The notes beneath the pieces are model-generated. The model saw only the letters and a program-made list of their open reading frames with translations. It searched no databases and was not told where the DNA came from. Position numbers and translations under genes: made by a program. Below are positions 61,656-64,000 of a stretch of 64,000 bases of DNA, piece after piece. Numbering within the stretch: position 1 is the first letter of the stretch; each line of letters starts with the position of its first letter. The DNA is from Acidobacteriota bacterium (lineage in GTDB: Bacteria > Acidobacteriota > Vicinamibacteria > Vicinamibacterales > UBA8438): positions 65,186 through 129,185 of the forward strand of contig VXRJ01000032.1 of NCBI GenBank assembly GCA_009838525.1, given 5' to 3'.

Positions 61656-63308
61656 TCAGTTCCCCCCGGTTCCCGTGTTCAGGCGGTCGAACAGGTCCAG
61701 CTTGGCCCTTCGCACTTCGCGTGTCGTGGCAATGTTATCCCCGAACTCCAGCCACTCGTCGTCCCCCGCGCGGTAGCGAGGCCATGTGGCGAGCCCATCG
61801 CCGTTCGGATCGCCCGTCCGTGCAAAGTTGACCCAGTAGTCGGAAAGCGCGTCCGCAAGCTGATGGTCCCAGTCGCTCCAGCCCAGTCCCACGACGCGCG
61901 TGTTCGCGAACGCATAGGCGAGGTCGCCGGAGTGGTACGCCCCGTACCCGTCCGAGCCGTCTGGCATCTCTATAGCGGCCGCCTCCGGCGTGTAGAGCCG
62001 GAAGACCGGCGGCGGATGGCTGAAGAAATAGAGGTAAGCGTCGTTTCCGCCGGTCTCGATCGCGCGTGCCCAGGTGCGCATCTCCCAGACGAAGCTCCGG
62101 TCCGCCTGGATCATCTGCGCGCCCCACTTGGTCGATTTCGCGATCTCCTCGTCGTACAGGTCGCGCACCACTGTGGCCGCATCGCCGTACTGCTCGCCAA
62201 GGAGCGTCGCCAGTTCATCCATCGTCCGCTCCGGCATCGTGGCGTAGAGGGTCGAGCCCTCGTTCGCGAGGGCGCCGACGATCACGGGGACGTCGTTCTG
62301 CTCGCCCGCCGCGAAGATGGCGGCCGCCGGCCGCGGCATGAAATGACCATCGACGATGGCCCCCGCGTTCAGGTCGGATTCAAGGACCGTCTCGGCGTCG
62401 AGTGCCCGGAGCGCGGACAGCGCCTCGGCATCGTCGCCCTCGACGCCCAGCGCCTCGGCCGCCTCGACGGCGGCCGTGTGGGCGCGCTCGAGATCGGGCC
62501 GGTCGCGTCCGAAACAGCCTCCCGAGTGGCCAATCGCCCGGTGGAACAGTCCCCTGGCGAGCGGTGAAGCCTGCAAATAGCAGACACTCCACGAACCGGC
62601 CGACTGGCCGAAGATGGTGACGTTTCCGGGATCGCCACCGAAGTTCGCGATGTGATCGCGCACCCACTGCAGCGCCGCCACCTTGTCGAGCAGGCCCTGG
62701 TTGCCGGACGACCCGTCGGCAGACTCCGCGGTGAGCGCCGGGTGGGCCAGGAAGCCGAACGGCCCGAGCCGGTAGTTGATGGTGACCAGCACCACGCCCT
62801 TCTTCGCCAGGTTGGCGCCATCGAAGATCTGCGCGCTCCCCCAGCCGCCGGTGTGCCCGCCGCCATGGAACCAGACCATGACGGGCCGCGCCTCGCCGGC
62901 GGTGGAGGCTGCCGTCCAGATGTTGAGATAGAGGCAGTCCTCGCTCCGGTCGAGATCACCGCGCGTATAGACGGAAGTCGCGGGGGTCAGGCGCTGCCAG
63001 CAGGCTGAGCCGAACGTCGTGGCGTCGCGAGTGCCGTCCCAGGCGGCTGGCGCGACCGGTGGCTGCCACCGCAGATCGCCCACCGGGGGTTCTGCGTAGG
63101 GAATGCCCCGGAAGACGAGGACGTTGTCTTCGCCCGTCACGCGTTCGCCCTCGAGCCTGCCGAGACCAGTATCCACCACGGGACCGATCCCGTCGGACAT
63201 CGCCTCGGGCGCGGGCCCGCTGTCGCCCGGGCCGCACGCGGCCACCAGGGCAACCAGCACGACGGACAGGAAATCACGGGAATACTGGCTGGTCATCGAC
63301 TGAGTCAA
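61656..63308 (-). CDS. Carboxylesterase type B
   Basis: 550 aa. 'VFRGIPYAEPPVGDLRWQPP', 'SEDCLYLNIW' and the nucleophile elbow 'IFGQSAGS'. Confidence 0.9.
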   Translation of the reverse strand: MTQSMTSQYSRDFLSVVLVALVAACGPGDSGPAPEAMSDGIGPVVDTGLGRLEGERVTGEDNVLVFRGIPYAEPPVGDLRWQPPVAPAAWDGTRDATTFGSACWQRLTPATSVYTRGDLDRSEDCLYLNIWTAASTAGEARPVMVWFHGGGHTGGWGSAQIFDGANLAKKGVVLVTINYRLGPFGFLAHPALTAESADGSSGNQGLLDKVAALQWVRDHIANFGGDPGNVTIFGQSAGSWSVCYLQASPLARGLFHRAIGHSGGCFGRDRPDLERAHTAAVEAAEALGVEGDDAEALSALRALDAETVLESDLNAGAIVDGHFMPRPAAAIFAAGEQNDVPVIVGALANEGSTLYATMPERTMDELATLLGEQYGDAATVVRDLYDEEIAKSTKWGAQMIQADRSFVWEMRTWARAIETGGNDAYLYFFSHPPPVFRLYTPEAAAIEMPDGSDGYGAYHSGDLAYAFANTRVVGLGWSDWDHQLADALSDYWVNFARTGDPNGDGLATWPRYRAGDDEWLEFGDNIATTREVRRAKLDLFDRLNTGTGGN

Positions 63309-63321
63309 CTCCTCCGGGCGG

Positions 63322-63999
63322 TCACTTCGCCGCGGCCTCGAGATTGCGGGCCACCTCCAGAATGTGGCGCGCGTCGTAGTTGCCCTCGTGGCAGGCGTAC
63401 TCGTAGGTCGGCCCCTCGCGTTTCATGAACGGGAACTCCGCCGTCCACGGCTGCGTCCAGGTGGTCGGATCGGTGACGGTGAACTCGTACCGGATCGTCG
63501 CGTCGTCAATGCGCGTGAACCGCTCTTCCACGTGCAGACCGACACTTGATCCGTTGAAGTGCACCCTGTCATTAAAGCGCGTCGTTTCGACGACGAGCGT
63601 TTCTCCCTCCCAGCGGCCACGCGAATCCCCCGCCCATTCCCGAATTGCATCCGGCGCGTGCGGGCGGCCGTCGAGAGGAATGATCCGCGGAGGATTCGTC
63701 CGCATTTCCTGCGCGACGACCACGTAGTCCTCCGTCTGGAAGATCTGCATGAGATCGTTGTACGACGGGGGAAGCATTGGGGGACCTTCGTGGCGCCAGG
63801 CCAGGCAGCGCTCCTGCAGGGTGCGGGTCTGGTGACTATCGAACGACTGCACCGGATTGTTGTAGACGAGCCACCGGCTCTCCGCCCTCCGGATCGCCTC
63901 GCGCTCCTGCGCCGACGGAATGAGCGGTGGAATCCGGCCGTTCGGCGGATCGGTGATGAGCGAGGTCCGGCGGGTCGTCAGCTTGCGCGGATCCTGCTC
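63322..63999 (-). CDS. Hypothetical protein (partial; 5' end beyond window end)
   Basis: The track ORF starts at M 63852. My manual translation stays open upstream to the window edge (...QDPRKLTTRRTSLITDPPNGRIPPLIPSAQEREAIRRAESRWLVYNNPVQSFDSH...), so the true start is probably outside the window. Confidence 0.5.
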   Translation of the reverse strand, partial: EQDPRKLTTRRTSLITDPPNGRIPPLIPSAQEREAIRRAESRWLVYNNPVQSFDSHQTRTLQERCLAWRHEGPPMLPPSYNDLMQIFQTEDYVVVAQEMRTNPPRIIPLDGRPHAPDAIREWAGDSRGRWEGETLVVETTRFNDRVHFNGSSVGLHVEERFTRIDDATIRYEFTVTDPTTWTQPWTAEFPFMKREGPTYEYACHEGNYDARHILEVARNLEAAAK

Positions 64000-64000
64000 G

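Noticed and set aside
1-64000. Scan for CRISPR arrays, tRNA/rRNA genes, IS elements and long tandem repeats
   Set aside because: Reading by eye, I saw no regularly spaced repeats, no cloverleaf-compatible intergenic segment and no rRNA-like region. The intergenic spaces are short. A computational scan (tRNAscan-SE, Infernal, CRISPRCasFinder) would be needed to make this conclusive.

Overview
High-GC, densely coded bacterial chromosomal window with about 55 supportable CDS. I saw no rRNA, tRNA, CRISPR array, transposase or integrase. GC is about 70-80% in the 60-nt lines I counted by hand outside the islands. Most genes are envelope or metabolic: tandem FtsX-type permeases with a LolA-like protein, an NCS2 purine permease, GalE, PPi-phosphofructokinase, two PQQ dehydrogenases with a dihaem cytochrome c, a GMC oxidoreductase pair, a KamA-type radical-SAM enzyme, a YdiJ-like FAD/Fe-S oxidase and a type-B carboxylesterase. 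Gene content fits an Acidobacteriota/Gemmatimonadota-like diderm, but taxonomy cannot be established from this window. Three things stand out. (1) A lower-GC 12.6-kb island at 14.85-27.46 kb encodes a RiPP pathway. It has an NHLP-leader precursor whose core is only LCCCW, a fused E1-like/YcaO cyclodehydratase, the NHLP-type pair of ABC exporters (one with a C39 peptidase), an unusually short HlyD-like protein and a short flavin-dependent Trp halogenase. It also has a 372-aa unknown protein and a protein in which a full copy of the precursor leader is fused in frame to a terpene-cyclase/prenyltransferase-repeat domain. No SagB-type dehydrogenase is present. (2) A lower-GC 3.5-kb segment at 36.5-40.1 kb is bracketed by a 133-bp direct repeat of about 86% identity. 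The repeat is formed by the 3' ends of two nuclease-Excalibur genes. The segment carries an uncharacterised two-gene membrane cassette and sits next to an unusual TctA-like/nuclease/Excalibur fusion. (3) A periplasmic redoxin/DsbD-N fusion has an in-frame UGA exactly at the first Cys of its CxxC motif, followed by a hairpin. It is a likely selenoprotein that the ORF track splits in two. Many long ORFs in the track are antisense shadows typical of high-GC DNA and were rejected.
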